Positions 1 to 11,654 of a DNA stretch of 64,000 nt are shown piece by piece (the first letter of the stretch is position 1; each line of letters starts with the position of its first letter). A program made the position numbers and the translations under genes. A model generated the notes under the pieces. The model was given only the letters and a program-made list of their open reading frames with translations, was not told the origin of the DNA and ran no database searches. Source of the stretch: Utricularia gibba (lineage: Eukaryota; Plantae; Magnoliophyta); the NCBI GenBank assembly GCA_002189035.1, contig NEEC01000011.1:2170001-2234000 (forward strand). The letters are read 5' to 3'.

Positions 1-447
1 CAATTGAGTTTTATTAATGAAGACAAATTTTTATGTTTTTATATATGTTAAACATATTTATCAAACAGAATAATATTTTAAATACATATTTATCAAATTT
101 ATATACAAAAAAAATTTCCAATTATAATCATGTGTTTACTCAAACACAAATAATTCAAATGCATCATTAAAAATATCACCATATGATGGACAATTTGTAT
201 TAATTGGATTAAAATACAATAATACTTTGAAAAAAGGAAAAGCAACCAATAAAAATCGTCGGTGAAAGACAAGGGTGATGTGGACACTTTGTAGTAGCGG
301 TTGGGATGGGGCCCATGGTGGATTTGTGGAGAGCATTATTGCATTCAAATGCTCACCTACCAATCATGCCATGCCTTCAATATTTTTCGTCTATTATTCA
401 TAAAATTAAATACAAAATAATATACGCATGCAAATGAAATATAATAT

Positions 448-448
<1 letters not shown>

Positions 449-482
<34 letters not shown>
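449..482. repeat. (AT)n microsatellite
   Basis: Uninterrupted TA dinucleotide run visible in the sequence. Confidence 0.95.
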
Positions 483-489
<7 letters not shown>

Positions 490-524
490 ATAGAAATTAA
501 TTGAGTCCAAAATTGGAATTGGAC

Positions 525-626
525 TGGCCCATGATATGTCCGTCTATCTGGGCCCAGGACCAGTAAGGGAGTAGTGCTAGTTGATTCAAGGAGGCCCAGG
601 CTCATTAAACAGTACCCTCAGGCCCA
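525..626. promoter_or_regulatory. Cluster of site II-like elements (TGGGCC/GGCCCA) upstream of iPGAM
   Basis: Several GGCCCA/TGGGCC copies 280-380 nt upstream of the ATG at 903. Site II elements (TCP-bound) are typical of housekeeping and respiratory gene promoters. Confidence 0.5.
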
Positions 627-902
627 AGGATTTGAAGGAGGTACAGCCTAAATATCTCGACGATGGTGCTCTTTCTTTTCTATTTATTCTGTGGTAACAC
701 TCCACGACCAACAGCAGCTTCCGCCGGGTTTTTCTCATCTGCTTTCGTCTCTGGGTTCTTGCGGTGCGTGGCTTTTTTCTTTTTGGGATTCAAGATTGCG
801 GAATACGTTCTTTTTTTTTTGTGACTGGTTACGGTTGGCGTAGATCTGATTTCGTTTGCATGTCTTGACGATTTTTGTTATTGGTTTTGATAGAAAGTTG
901 AG

Positions 903-3630
903 ATGGGTACCGCTGGATTCACATGGAAATTGGAAGATCATCCGAAGCTTCCGAAGGGAAAGGTGATAGCAATGGTTGTTTTGGATGGCTGGGGTGAGGC
1001 TGCCGCCGATCAGTACAACTGCATCCATGTAGCTCAGACGCCCACCATGGATTCGCTCAAAAATGTAATGTTTACCGTCATCGAAATTTTTATTGATTGC
1101 CTGGAAAATTAAAATACTGACTTGTGGTTGGTGAAATGATAAAGGGTGCTCCAGAGAAATGGAGACTGGTGAAAGCCCATGGTAAGGCTGTTGGGTTGCC
1201 CACGGACGATGACATGGGCAACAGTGAGGTGGGTCACAACGCTCTTGGGGCTGGCAGGATTTATGCTCAAGGGTGAGCTTTGTTTGTCTTTTTTTTTTTA
1301 ATCTGCGTCATTCGTTTCCGCTGGTTTATTAGTTAAAGGCGATGTCTTTGAATTGAAGTTTTCATTTTTGTGATGGACTTTTTCTGTTTTCAACTGCTAA
1401 ATTTTTTGTCTTCATTTCGCTAACTATGCATGTGAAACTCTCGACATATTTCCCACCTCTGAAGTATCATGCTTTAACTGGTGTTCTTATCCGTGTCTCT
1501 ATGTAGTGCAAAGCTTGTTGATAGTGCTCTGGAAACTGGTAAAATTTTCGAAGGCGAAGGTTTCAAGTACATAAAAGAAAGCTTTGAAACTGGAACATTG
1601 CATCTCATTGGCTTGTTAAGTGATGGAGGCGTTCACTCCAGGCTCGATCAGCTACAGGTGTTAAATTGTTACTTGACCCATTCTGCCGATCAATTGTTAC
1701 AGACTAATGATGCATTCATCTTTAAAATTTTGTTCCTCATTCACTTTTTATTACTTGTGTCAGTTGCTTCTTAAAGGCGCTAGTGCCAATGGTGCTAAAA
1801 GGATCAGGGTACACTTTCTTACTGATGGACGCGATGTATTGGATGGATCAAGTGTAGGCTTTGTTGAAACCCTAGAGAATGATCTCGCAGCATTGCGTGA
1901 AAAGGGCATAGATGCGGCTATTGCATCTGGAGGCGGGCGTATGTATGTGACCATGGACAGATATGAGGTACGTCTTCTGTGTATATGTAATTATGTTACT
2001 TCTGGTACTGGGCTGGGGGTTCATGCTGGGAATATCCATTATCTCAGTTTTCTGGTGCATTTACTGACTGCTTTATTTTCCAGAATGATTGGGATATTGT
2101 AAAGCGCGGATGGGATGCCCAAGTGCTTGGAGAAGCACCACACAAGTTTAAGAGTGCTGTTGAGGCTGTCAAAAAGCTGAGAGAAACCGCCAATGATCAA
2201 TTTCTTCCTCCTTTTGTTATCACTAACGATGATGGGAAGGCTGTCGGGCCTATTGTTGATGGTGATGCTGTTGTAACCTTCAACTTTAGAGCTGATCGTA
2301 TGGTTATGATCGCTAAGGCTCTTGAATATGAAAACTTCGACAAATTCAACCGAGTCCGCTTTCCTAAAATCCGTTATGCTGGAATGCTTCAGTATGATGG
2401 TGAACTTAAGCTTCCAAGTCGCTATCTTGTTTCTCCACCAGAAATTGAAAGAACATCTGGAGAATATTTGGTGCACAATGGTGTTCGCACTTTTGCTTGT
2501 AGGTTAGATATCTGCATCTCTGTAGCTTGTTATATTGTTTTTCCCCTTCTCAAGTTGGGTTAACTACTCAGTATTGCAGCACCCCTTCTGTGCAACCAGA
2601 AGCATCTTTGATCGTGGAGTAACTTTCATTGAACTAACTTTTTCCATTTTTTGTGCAGTGAAACAGTTAAATTTGGCCATGTCACTTTCTTTTGGAATGG
2701 AAATCGCTCGGGTTGTTTTAACCCTGAATTGGAAGAGTATGTCGAGATTCCTAGTGATTCTGGCATTTCATTCAATGTCCAGCCAAAGATGAAGGCCGTG
2801 GAGATAGCTGAGAAGGCAAGGGATGCTATATTGAGCGGAAAGTTTGACCAGGTAACCACAGTTTTGTACCTTTTTTTTTTTAAATGGCAAGAACCACAGT
2901 TTTGTACTGATTTACATCTTTGGAGCATTTGATTACATCTTGAATTCTTCTCTTTTTATTCGAAAGGTTCGTGTTAACCTCCCCAATGGTGATATGGTTG
3001 GGCATACTGGTGACATTGAAGCCACAGTTGTGGCTTGCAAGGCTGCTGATGATGCTGTCAAGGTAATTGTTTAGTCTTATGACATGCCAATGTTGCTTTA
3101 TCATGAAAGTACATTGCTGCTAACTGTAGTACTGCATATGGTAGATGATTCTTGATGCTGTTGAACAAGTGGGTGGAATATATGTTGTGACTGCTGATCA
3201 TGGAAATGCTGAGGACATGGTGAAAAGAGACAAGAAAGGCAACCCTGCTCTGGATAAGAATGGCAGCATTCAGATACTTACTTCCCACACCCTCCAGCCT
3301 GTAAGTTTACCTCCCTCATAATGCAAACTACCCATATACAGCATGTCTGCTTCATGTTTGCTTGAATCTGGCCTACTGATGCATACCATCACTGGTTTCT
3401 TCTGTTGTACATTGATCTGTGGTGTTTCAGCAATGCCTGACTCAGACATGGTGACATTTTGTTAGGTTCCTCTTGCAATTGGTGGCCCTGGACTGGCACC
3501 AGGCGTGAGATTCCGCACAGACGTTCCTGAGGGAGGATTAGCCAATGTGGCTGCAACTGTGATGAATCTCCATGGGTTTGTAGCCCCAGGCGATTACGAA
3601 CCGACCCTCATCGAGGTCGTCGATGCTTGA
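903..3630 (+). CDS. iPGAM: 2,3-bisphosphoglycerate-independent phosphoglycerate mutase (iPGAM), about 9 exons
   Basis: Motifs [73 protein letters not shown] and TADHGNAE lie in consecutive GT-AG-bounded exons. Stop TGA at 3628-3630. Confidence 0.97.
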
Positions 3631-3901
3631 GTCTCTTGATTCAAATTTTCCGGCAGAGGGAATTGAAAGAGCGCTTAGTATTCACTGGTTTGAATAATTG
3701 TTGAGAGATGCCATTGCTGCCTTCTGATTGAGCAGTATTTTGCCATTTTCAGCTTAGTGCTGCTGCTGCTGTTGAACAGCATTTTTCAGCAAAGCTTGTT
3801 GTTCTGCTGAAGGGTTTGTCTGTATGAGATAAATCTTGTATCAACGATTCAAAAGCTGTAGTAAATCCTTGGGATGGAATGAAGCAGCATGTCTTGTTCT
3901 T

Positions 3902-4901
3902 CTAAGCAACGCTGAAGGAGCTGGCAGCACTCTCAACGTACCTCTTGGCACCCTTGAACCATCTCTTGTCTCCAGCCTGAACCTTGCAGACATACAGCTT
4001 ACCTTCCTTCACAGCAGCCGTGATCAGGAGATGTTTCCCTCCTTCGTCTCCGTCTGCTGTTCTCGTCAAGACAGACAGGAAGTAGTACGGCGTGCCGGCG
4101 ACGACCGGCGTCGATGTTTCCAGAACATTCGCCGTAGCAACAACTCCTGAGTCGAATCCACCCTGCGGCAGCAGCAACCATTTCAAGGCATGATACATCA
4201 AGTTTGAACCAGAGATGTAGAGCTTTTTTCTACCTCTGAATCAGTCTTCCCGGAGTAAGATTGTTTGCCCAGCAAATAATCCACCTGCATTCAGTTCTAG
4301 GATTTTAAGTATAAAGGGATGAATCCCTTATCAGAAAAGATGGGAACCATATCTCTACCTGGGAGAGAAATCCCTCAGGGGAGCCATAGTCAGTGATCGC
4401 CTTCTTGTCTGTAGGAGAGATCAACACACACAGGTTGCTCGTTCCATCGAAGTTATCCTCATACCGGAGCACCTGCCCAGGATACTCAACCTCCCCACTG
4501 GGATTCCACTTCGCAGGTATAGAGATCTTGAATCCATCACCAACATATGCTTTGAAATCCGTGTTCGCCTTAGGCTTCCCAAATATGTTTGCTGCATTTC
4601 AATCACACCCCGTTAACACAGACTGCATTTCAATATGTTAGTTCCATTCCATCTTACCAGATTCCCCGTAGGCGGCATCTGCAGGGGAGACCTTGGAGGT
4701 GGCGGCAGCAGCTCCGATGAGCACAGTGAGGGCCAGTCTCCTGGACAAAGGAGCCACATTGGCGTCATGGGGTTCATTCTCCCTCTGCTGCGCTCTGCAC
4801 GCGACCTGGGAAGGCCTCAGACAGGGAGCTGATCTCCTTGCAGCGACCGGGATGCCGGCAGCTGCCGCATGGTGATGCAAGAAGCATGAAGTGGAGGCCA
4901 T
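3902..4901 (-). CDS. PSBP: Oxygen-evolving enhancer protein 2 (PsbP), 4 exons
   Basis: Bipartite transit peptide ending ADA-AYGE. Mature region [51 protein letters not shown], and C-terminal [33 protein letters not shown]. Confidence 0.97.
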
Positions 4902-5986
4902 GGGAAGGGAACTCCTCCTTCTGTGTCCAAAGGAGGATTTTTAAGAGTGAAGAAGACAAGAGATCGGGAAGATGAGATGAAAAGGGATAAGACAAGGGAG
5001 GATCGGTTGGTTTCTAAGCGTCAGGCGTGTAAGATTCCGACGCCAATGAAATAATCAATCCAATGCAGATGAATAATTAAAAATAATTATTATTATTGCA
5101 ATTATTTATTTAAAAATTTAATGAAAAATAACTCGCGGTCATTCGCTTTAAATTGAATTATTTTTTTTAAGACAAGGAAATGCAGGATTCATGTTGACTT
5201 CTTTTGACTTTTGACTTGTCTGTTCAATTCTGAAGTTCAACTTGGCGGCGCTAGGTAAACCAGTGATGATTACGGGGGTTGGTTTTGTCTGTAAGTGGTG
5301 AGGTTATGCCGGCGAAAGATTCATTTTTGGTTGGGGTTCGGCAATTAATTTTGATGGCAGGGGAGGAGTTCATAATCATGGAGCCCAAAAATCATAAAAA
5401 TTCAGTGTGTTGGGTGTGTGGGCACAGCGTGACTTGGCGGGGTGGGGGCTGGGGCAGACATTCATTTAACGTACTCCTCTTCTCCCATTTGCGGAGTGTC
5501 GCCAATCGTTTCGTGACTGCAGTAAAATCGAACTGAAGGGCTTTTTCCTATCGGCTCGGGATCCCTGCTTTTGGTTCTTCATCTTTTCGTCTGGGTATAA
5601 CTTCTTCTTTATGATGACTGCTTTTTGCTTCAGCTGTATCCTGGTCCTTGTGTTTTTTTGGGTGCTGTTTGTATTAACCAGAGGGGATTCTGGTTCTTGG
5701 TTCTTCGCTCATACTTTGTGACTATAAATCATCAAAAAGGATGCGCTTTAGTTGAAAAAGATCCTTCTTTGGTTAAAAAGCATTTCCCCTTTGTTTCTTT
5801 GTTTCGGAGTGGTTGGAGTGAGTAATTTCTTGAAATGGGTTTTGTGTTTAGCTCACCACAGTGCTGGTTGCTACAGTTCCCGCTACTTGGACTTTCAAGT
5901 TCAATATCTCTCTTAAATGCGTTTTCTTCTTATTGGTATCTGCTACTCATCTTCTAACCCTTGTTGTCGTAGATAACTAAGAGAAA

Positions 5987-7119
5987 ATGCCTGAAGGAAT
6001 AACAACCGAGTCGTTGGCGCATGATATCATGGAAGCCATCCATGATGGGGTTTCGAGGCACAGTGATGTTCCCTTTTTTGAAGGGGATAGTTCCAAATAT
6101 GTGAAGTCTCAGGTTAACAGGCTCTTTGGGCGTGACAAGCCAGTTCACCATCTGTTGGGTGGTGGGAAATGTAAGAGCTTATACATCTTATTTCACACAC
6201 AGATAGGCTTCAACTGCTTCGTCTAAATGTTTCATGGATGCTTTGGGTAACTTAAACCTGATGTTTTGAATGTGCAGCGGCTGATCTGTTCTTGTGGAAG
6301 AACAAAACAATCTCTGCTGGCGCTCTAACTGGCGCTACTATTGTTTGGCTTATTTTTGAATGGCTTGACTACCACTTTCTCACACTTGCATCCTTTGTCC
6401 TCTTCTTGGGCATGATCGTTCAGTTTGTCTGGTCCAATGCTTCTGGATTCATAAATCGGTAAATATTCATGTTTTTACTCATTGTTAGTTACGAAACATG
6501 CTCCAACTTTTACTAGTTATCCATGAAAGCAGATCCCAAGGAGGAGTTCCCCGTCTTGTGTTGCCTGAGGAGTATTTTGTTCACATCGGGAGAATTGTGG
6601 GAGTCGAGGTGAACCGTGCCTTAGACTTCTTGCAGGATGTCTCTTGTGGGGGCAGCCTGAAACAATTCCTCTTGGTAATTTTTGCTGCTGTTGCTTCCTT
6701 TCACCCATTTTGTTCGAAAGCTTAGCACCACATGGAGGATCACATGCATTCTTTTGCAGGTTGCTGCCTCTTTGTGGGCTGCAGCTATCATTGGAACCTG
6801 GTGCAACTTCTTGACTCTGATATACATTGGTAAGCATGTTCTTACATTTCAAATCTAGGATAGACAGACACCATGGTCGAACTCTTGTATCGGTTTCGAC
6901 ATGCGAAATTCGATATTTTGCTTCAAGCATGACACCATATTCTCAGGTTTCATTGCTGCGCACACACTGCCGGTGCTGTATGATCGATATGAGGATGAAG
7001 TGGACGGCTTCGTCAGCAATGTTGTGGGGCAGCTTCAGCACAACTACAGGAAGCTGGACACCAGTGTGCTTAGCCGAATCCCCAAAGCTGCCTCCTTTAG
7101 GACCAAGAAGTGGGACTAG
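5987..7119 (+). CDS. Reticulon-like protein B (RTNLB8/9-like), 5 exons
   Basis: RLFGRDKPVHHLLGGGK / ADLFLWKNKTISAG / hydrophobic hairpins / AHTLPVLYDRYEDEVD form a reticulon homology domain. Stop TAG at 7117-7119. Confidence 0.93.
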
Positions 7120-7553
7120 ATGTCTTTCTGCACCAGCACCCCTAATTGTGAACTGTCACAAGAACCTCTGCTTCACTCCTTGTCATTTTCTGGAACTCAT
7201 TGCAAGTGCTGAGGCATTCCGTTGTGTTGGCCAGGCCTTCATGGGACCTGTTCTGTGTGGTCAAACCTGAAGCATCACAATCTCTCTGAATTCATCTTTT
7301 ATCATGTTCTTGTGTTGATCACTCTTTCTGCTTCTGTCACAAACATTTGAAAGGCAGAGGATGCATTCACATAGGAGATAGAGAGGGGCATACGGATCTG
7401 CTGCCTGAGGCAAAATAGCATATAGCAAGCGCACTGTAGGAATGAAGGATACAATAATGTGCTATTTAGAGAAACAAAAACAAAAGCTGTGAAGCACAAG
7501 CAGTTCTTCATGGCTGGCTTCTGCTTCAGAAAAATCTCCTTCCTTTTAGCTGG

Positions 7554-10061
7554 TTATTTGTCGTTGCCAAAACTACTGAAACGGCTTGGCCTAGAATTTC
7601 TAGTGGATTGTGAATCACCGAACCTGCTGGAAGTATTAGTTCTTGGATTTCCAAAGCTACCACCGAAGCCACCGCTTCTATCGGGGCTGTCATATTTTCC
7701 AAAGCCACCGGAGCGGCCAAAACCAGAACCACCGGAGTTGCCAAAGCGGCTGGAATTCTGCCCACCACTGAAGCCATAGCCTCCGAACTGACCACCCCTC
7801 GAGTTACCACCAAAGCTACTGGAGCGGCCAAATCCAGAATCTTCAAAACGACCTCCTGCATTTCCGAAACGTCCACCACCAATCCCACCGCTGAAACTAG
7901 AAATTGTTGCTTCATCAACTGCTATCTTGGGGAGCTGAACACAAGGGAAATTAGGTAATAATAAGAAACTGATCCTTCATGTTATTCATCTTATACTCAG
8001 TAGGGGCTGGTGGCAGAAACTTAAATAATCTAGAGAAAAATGCGAGTTACCATACCTCTTGAAACTTGCATCCTACTTCACGTTCAATCGCCTTAATTTC
8101 CCGGAACTGGTGTGGTGAACACATAAGGATTGCCTTGCCTTTCTTCCCAGCACGACCTGTTCTTCCAGAGCGGTGAACAAATATCTCTGAGGAATTGGGA
8201 AGTTCATAATGTATGACCTGTGCACATAAACAAGACAGAGTTACAGTGAATCCTTCTAAAATACCATGGAATGGATGATAGAAGCTCTGAGGGAAGATGC
8301 TAAAATAAATGCTGGAAAAAAGTTTTCATTATTTTGATAGTGAAGAAAGGAGATCCACCAGATCAACATTTGGCACGTCCAAGCCGCGTGCAGCTACATC
8401 AGTTGCCACTAAAATATTGATCCGCCCGTCTCGAAACGCAGAGAGAGTCCTCTCCCTCTGGTTTTGGGTGATATCACCATGCAATGGCTCACATTTGTAG
8501 TTTCTTTGCATAGCATATGCCAGTCGATCAGCATCCCGTTTTGTTTGGGTAAATACAATGCATTTGCCTCCATTTGCATGCTCCTGTAACAAAGGTTTCT
8601 CGAAGAATTGATATTTATGGTACATTGGAAAACGATGAGCAGATTCAGTTTCATATGTACAGATACTGCAGCATTAATTCATACCGTAACTAGAGGTCCA
8701 ATAATTGCAGCTTTCTCTCGCGCGTCTGATGAGATTGCAAATAAGGATATCCCATCAGCTAATTTCTGGTCGGATTCTCCCACCTGCGAAGCACTTCTGA
8801 ATCAAACCATTTTCATTTTAGAGAAACAACACAAGAATCAGACAACGTGCAACCACCTTCAAAAACATTTTTTAACCTGAAAAAGTTATCAACAGTAAAT
8901 TACAAAAAGACTGCTACAGCAAATAAGGTATATAGTCTTACAAGGTCAATGGTAACTGGATTCTTCAGAAATTTCTGGGTAAGTCTCACTATCCAATTCG
9001 GCATTGTTGCTGAAAACATCATCGTCTGATGCTTTTGAGACATGTACCCCAATATCGTCTCTACATCATCAGCAAACCCCACATTCAGCATCTGATCAGC
9101 TTCGTCAAGGACCACGAATTGCACTTCAGAAAGTTTTAAAGCACCACGCTTTATCAAATCAATAACACGGCCAGGAGTGCCGACAACAGCATCAACACCG
9201 CGATCTAGACTGCTCATTTGGCGAGAAATAGGGACACCTCCGTAGACACACAGAGTGTCCAATTTAGGGGCAGAATCAGCAAATTCTTTTTCCACCTGTC
9301 GTGCAAGTTCTCTCGTTGGTGCTAATACAAGCGCTAACGGATTCCTTCCCTGTCTGAATGGGAACAGCAGGTAAAAGAAATCACTTTATGAGCACCCATT
9401 AGAGTGAAAATAACGAGAAAAAGAATCAGCAATAACTAACCCGTGCTTCTCATTGAACTTTATAATCTTGTCCAAGATAGGAATCCCAAAGGCCAACGTC
9501 TTCCCCGTTCCTGTTCTTGCACGCCCTATCATGTCGCGACCTTTCATAGCTGGTTCGAGAACCTCCCTCTGCGGTACATGAAACAATTATAAGCACATAC
9601 ATGGCTTGCACACAGAAGAAACTAAGATGACCCAAATTTTGAATGAAACATAGATCATGCACAAGACTCCACATTTGATTCCAGAACTACACCTGGATGG
9701 GAAAAAGCTTGTGAATTCCCCTACGGGCCAATGCCGATACAATTTCATTAGAAATACCAAGTTTCGAGATCTCAAGCCCTTCATCAGAGGACCCACTCGA
9801 AGTCCCTTGGTCCTCGGAATCAGAATAATCAGGAACGGCGTATCCGGCTCCCAAAGTCCGACCTGAATGAAAACCTCTAACGGAAGGTTTGGGAGGAGAC
9901 CCACGAGGTAAAGGAAGCCCAAAAGTTTGAATATGCGAAGAAAAGTTGGCATTAGCCTGAGACTGCAATACGAAGTCGCCGCAAAAAAGATGGGTGAGCG
10001 CAGTTAGAGCAGTTCTCCTCGACGTTGACAAGGAGCATCGCTTAAGCAAAAGGCTACCCAT
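7554..10061 (-). CDS. Mitochondrial DEAD-box RNA helicase (RH53/RH9, PMH-type) with Gly/Ser-rich RGG-like tail
   Basis: Q motif [43 protein letters not shown] and [11 protein letters not shown]-terminus resembles a mitochondrial presequence. The last exon is GGF-rich and ends SSFGNDK* (stop at 7554-7556). Confidence 0.95.
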
Positions 10062-10198
10062 TTCCTTACCGGTATCCTTTGATTTTCTGGAAAATCAAGG
10101 GAACCAGAAAGACTGAGAGTGAAAAAGGGTTTTGGCTAGGGCTTAAGAAGAAGATCTGAGTGCAACAGGGAAACGTAGTGGCTCGTTCCAGTGAATAA

Positions 10199-10247
10199 AT
10201 GGCCCATGGGCCAAAACTATATGGGCCTTAAATTCATAGCTGGCCCA
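10199..10247. promoter_or_regulatory. Site II element cluster upstream of the mitochondrial helicase
   Basis: GGCCCA/TGGGCC repeated about 4 times 140-190 nt upstream of the ATG at 10061. Typical of nuclear genes for mitochondrial proteins. Confidence 0.55.
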
Positions 10248-10339
10248 TACTCAGCTATATGTCATGGGACCTGATCCAAACTACTAAAGAATTCGTTTGA
10301 TGATAAGAGTATTATTATGTTTAATTATAATATAATTAA

Positions 10340-10358
10340 ATATATATATATATATATA
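10340..10358. repeat. (AT)n microsatellite
   Basis: TA run visible in the sequence. Confidence 0.9.
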
Positions 10359-10519
10359 TTCAATTATAATGTATGTAATATACAAATTGTGTGTTTTATA
10401 TTCTGATGGGGTTTAAGTCGGACTGGGTTAATCGATTTCTAAAAAGTAGTTAAAAAGTATTCTGATAGAACAACATAGGACGACCAATAACTATCAGAGT
10501 CTATCCATAGTAGCCATTT

Positions 10520-10929
10520 TGTTCAGTCTGAAAAATAGTCGAATTACGACAATGACAAAGTAGTCAACGATTATCTGAAAGCAGAACCACAATATGAGCA
10601 GGAGCCAAAGAAAGCATCTAACATCTACATAATTCAAAATTCGGTCAGATCAACCTCACCTATAAATATTAAAAACCTCAAAGAAGAAAGGGTTCGACTC
10701 TAAGACTTCCAACTTATATTTTCTTCTCATCTCCATCTAGTAAAGTCGTTTTCCCAACAACCTCCGACAACTTTGTGGTTTTTCCGTTCTCCAATGGTTT
10801 CTATGTTAAAATCCCAATCTTTTTTCATTTTTAGGTAGCAAAGCTGTATCACACAGAATACCAAAGACTTAATCGGATACGGCACGCTCGTCCACATCCG
10901 TGACCCGAAAATCGACCTTCACTCTAACA
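10520..10929 (+). mobile_element. Candidate solo LTR (~410 bp)
   Basis: Ends are TGTT...AACA. Internal CCTATAAATA TATA box near 10659-10668. A CCATT pentamer lies on both flanks, but the left copy is offset by one T. Composition is less AT-rich than the flanks. Confidence 0.35.
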
Positions 10930-11654
10930 CCATTTTTCATTCTCAACATATTCGAAAATAGAAGTTTTAGGTATAATAATAAAAAAATCCACCAGAAAAA
11001 TTTAACGATTAAAGTTTAAAAGGAAAAATAATTTTTAAAATAATTAGGTCTCGTTAAAATAAGTATATGAATAATACAGTCATATAAAATTTTCACAAAT
11101 ATACTAATTAATCATATAATATTTTATATAAAAATTTAAATATAAATCTTCTATATTATACTATTAAACAATCTATAAAAACCATATCATACTCTTCTTG
11201 CATGATAATGTACATTGATACCAATCATAATTTTGTTTAAGATTATTTTCAAATCTTCGTGCATGGATCGGATCACCTCCCTGCCTTGATGTTATGCATG
11301 CTTGTTTTTGGTTAGAGACATGTATAGATCAAAGATGGATGGATATGGGCATCATGTGGATGCAGGGTAGCTAAAGTAGCACGACGAAGAAAAGTAAGAA
11401 GCAAGAAAGAAGCGCAGGGAGTCATGTTCAAGAAACCAGTTACCGTTCTCATACAAACCACTCTCTGGTCTAATGCCATCCCTGACCTCTGTTCCACTCA
11501 TCTGTTAGCTGCAAGAAGCTTCCCGAGATTCAGAAGGTTCATTCTGGTGCGGGGGTGTTGAGAACCATCTTCCAGGAGCTATAGCTTCCCTGAATCATCG
11601 CCATGTGCACATGGATGGAGGAGCATCAACGCCAGTACAGCTTAGAAGAAGGCT

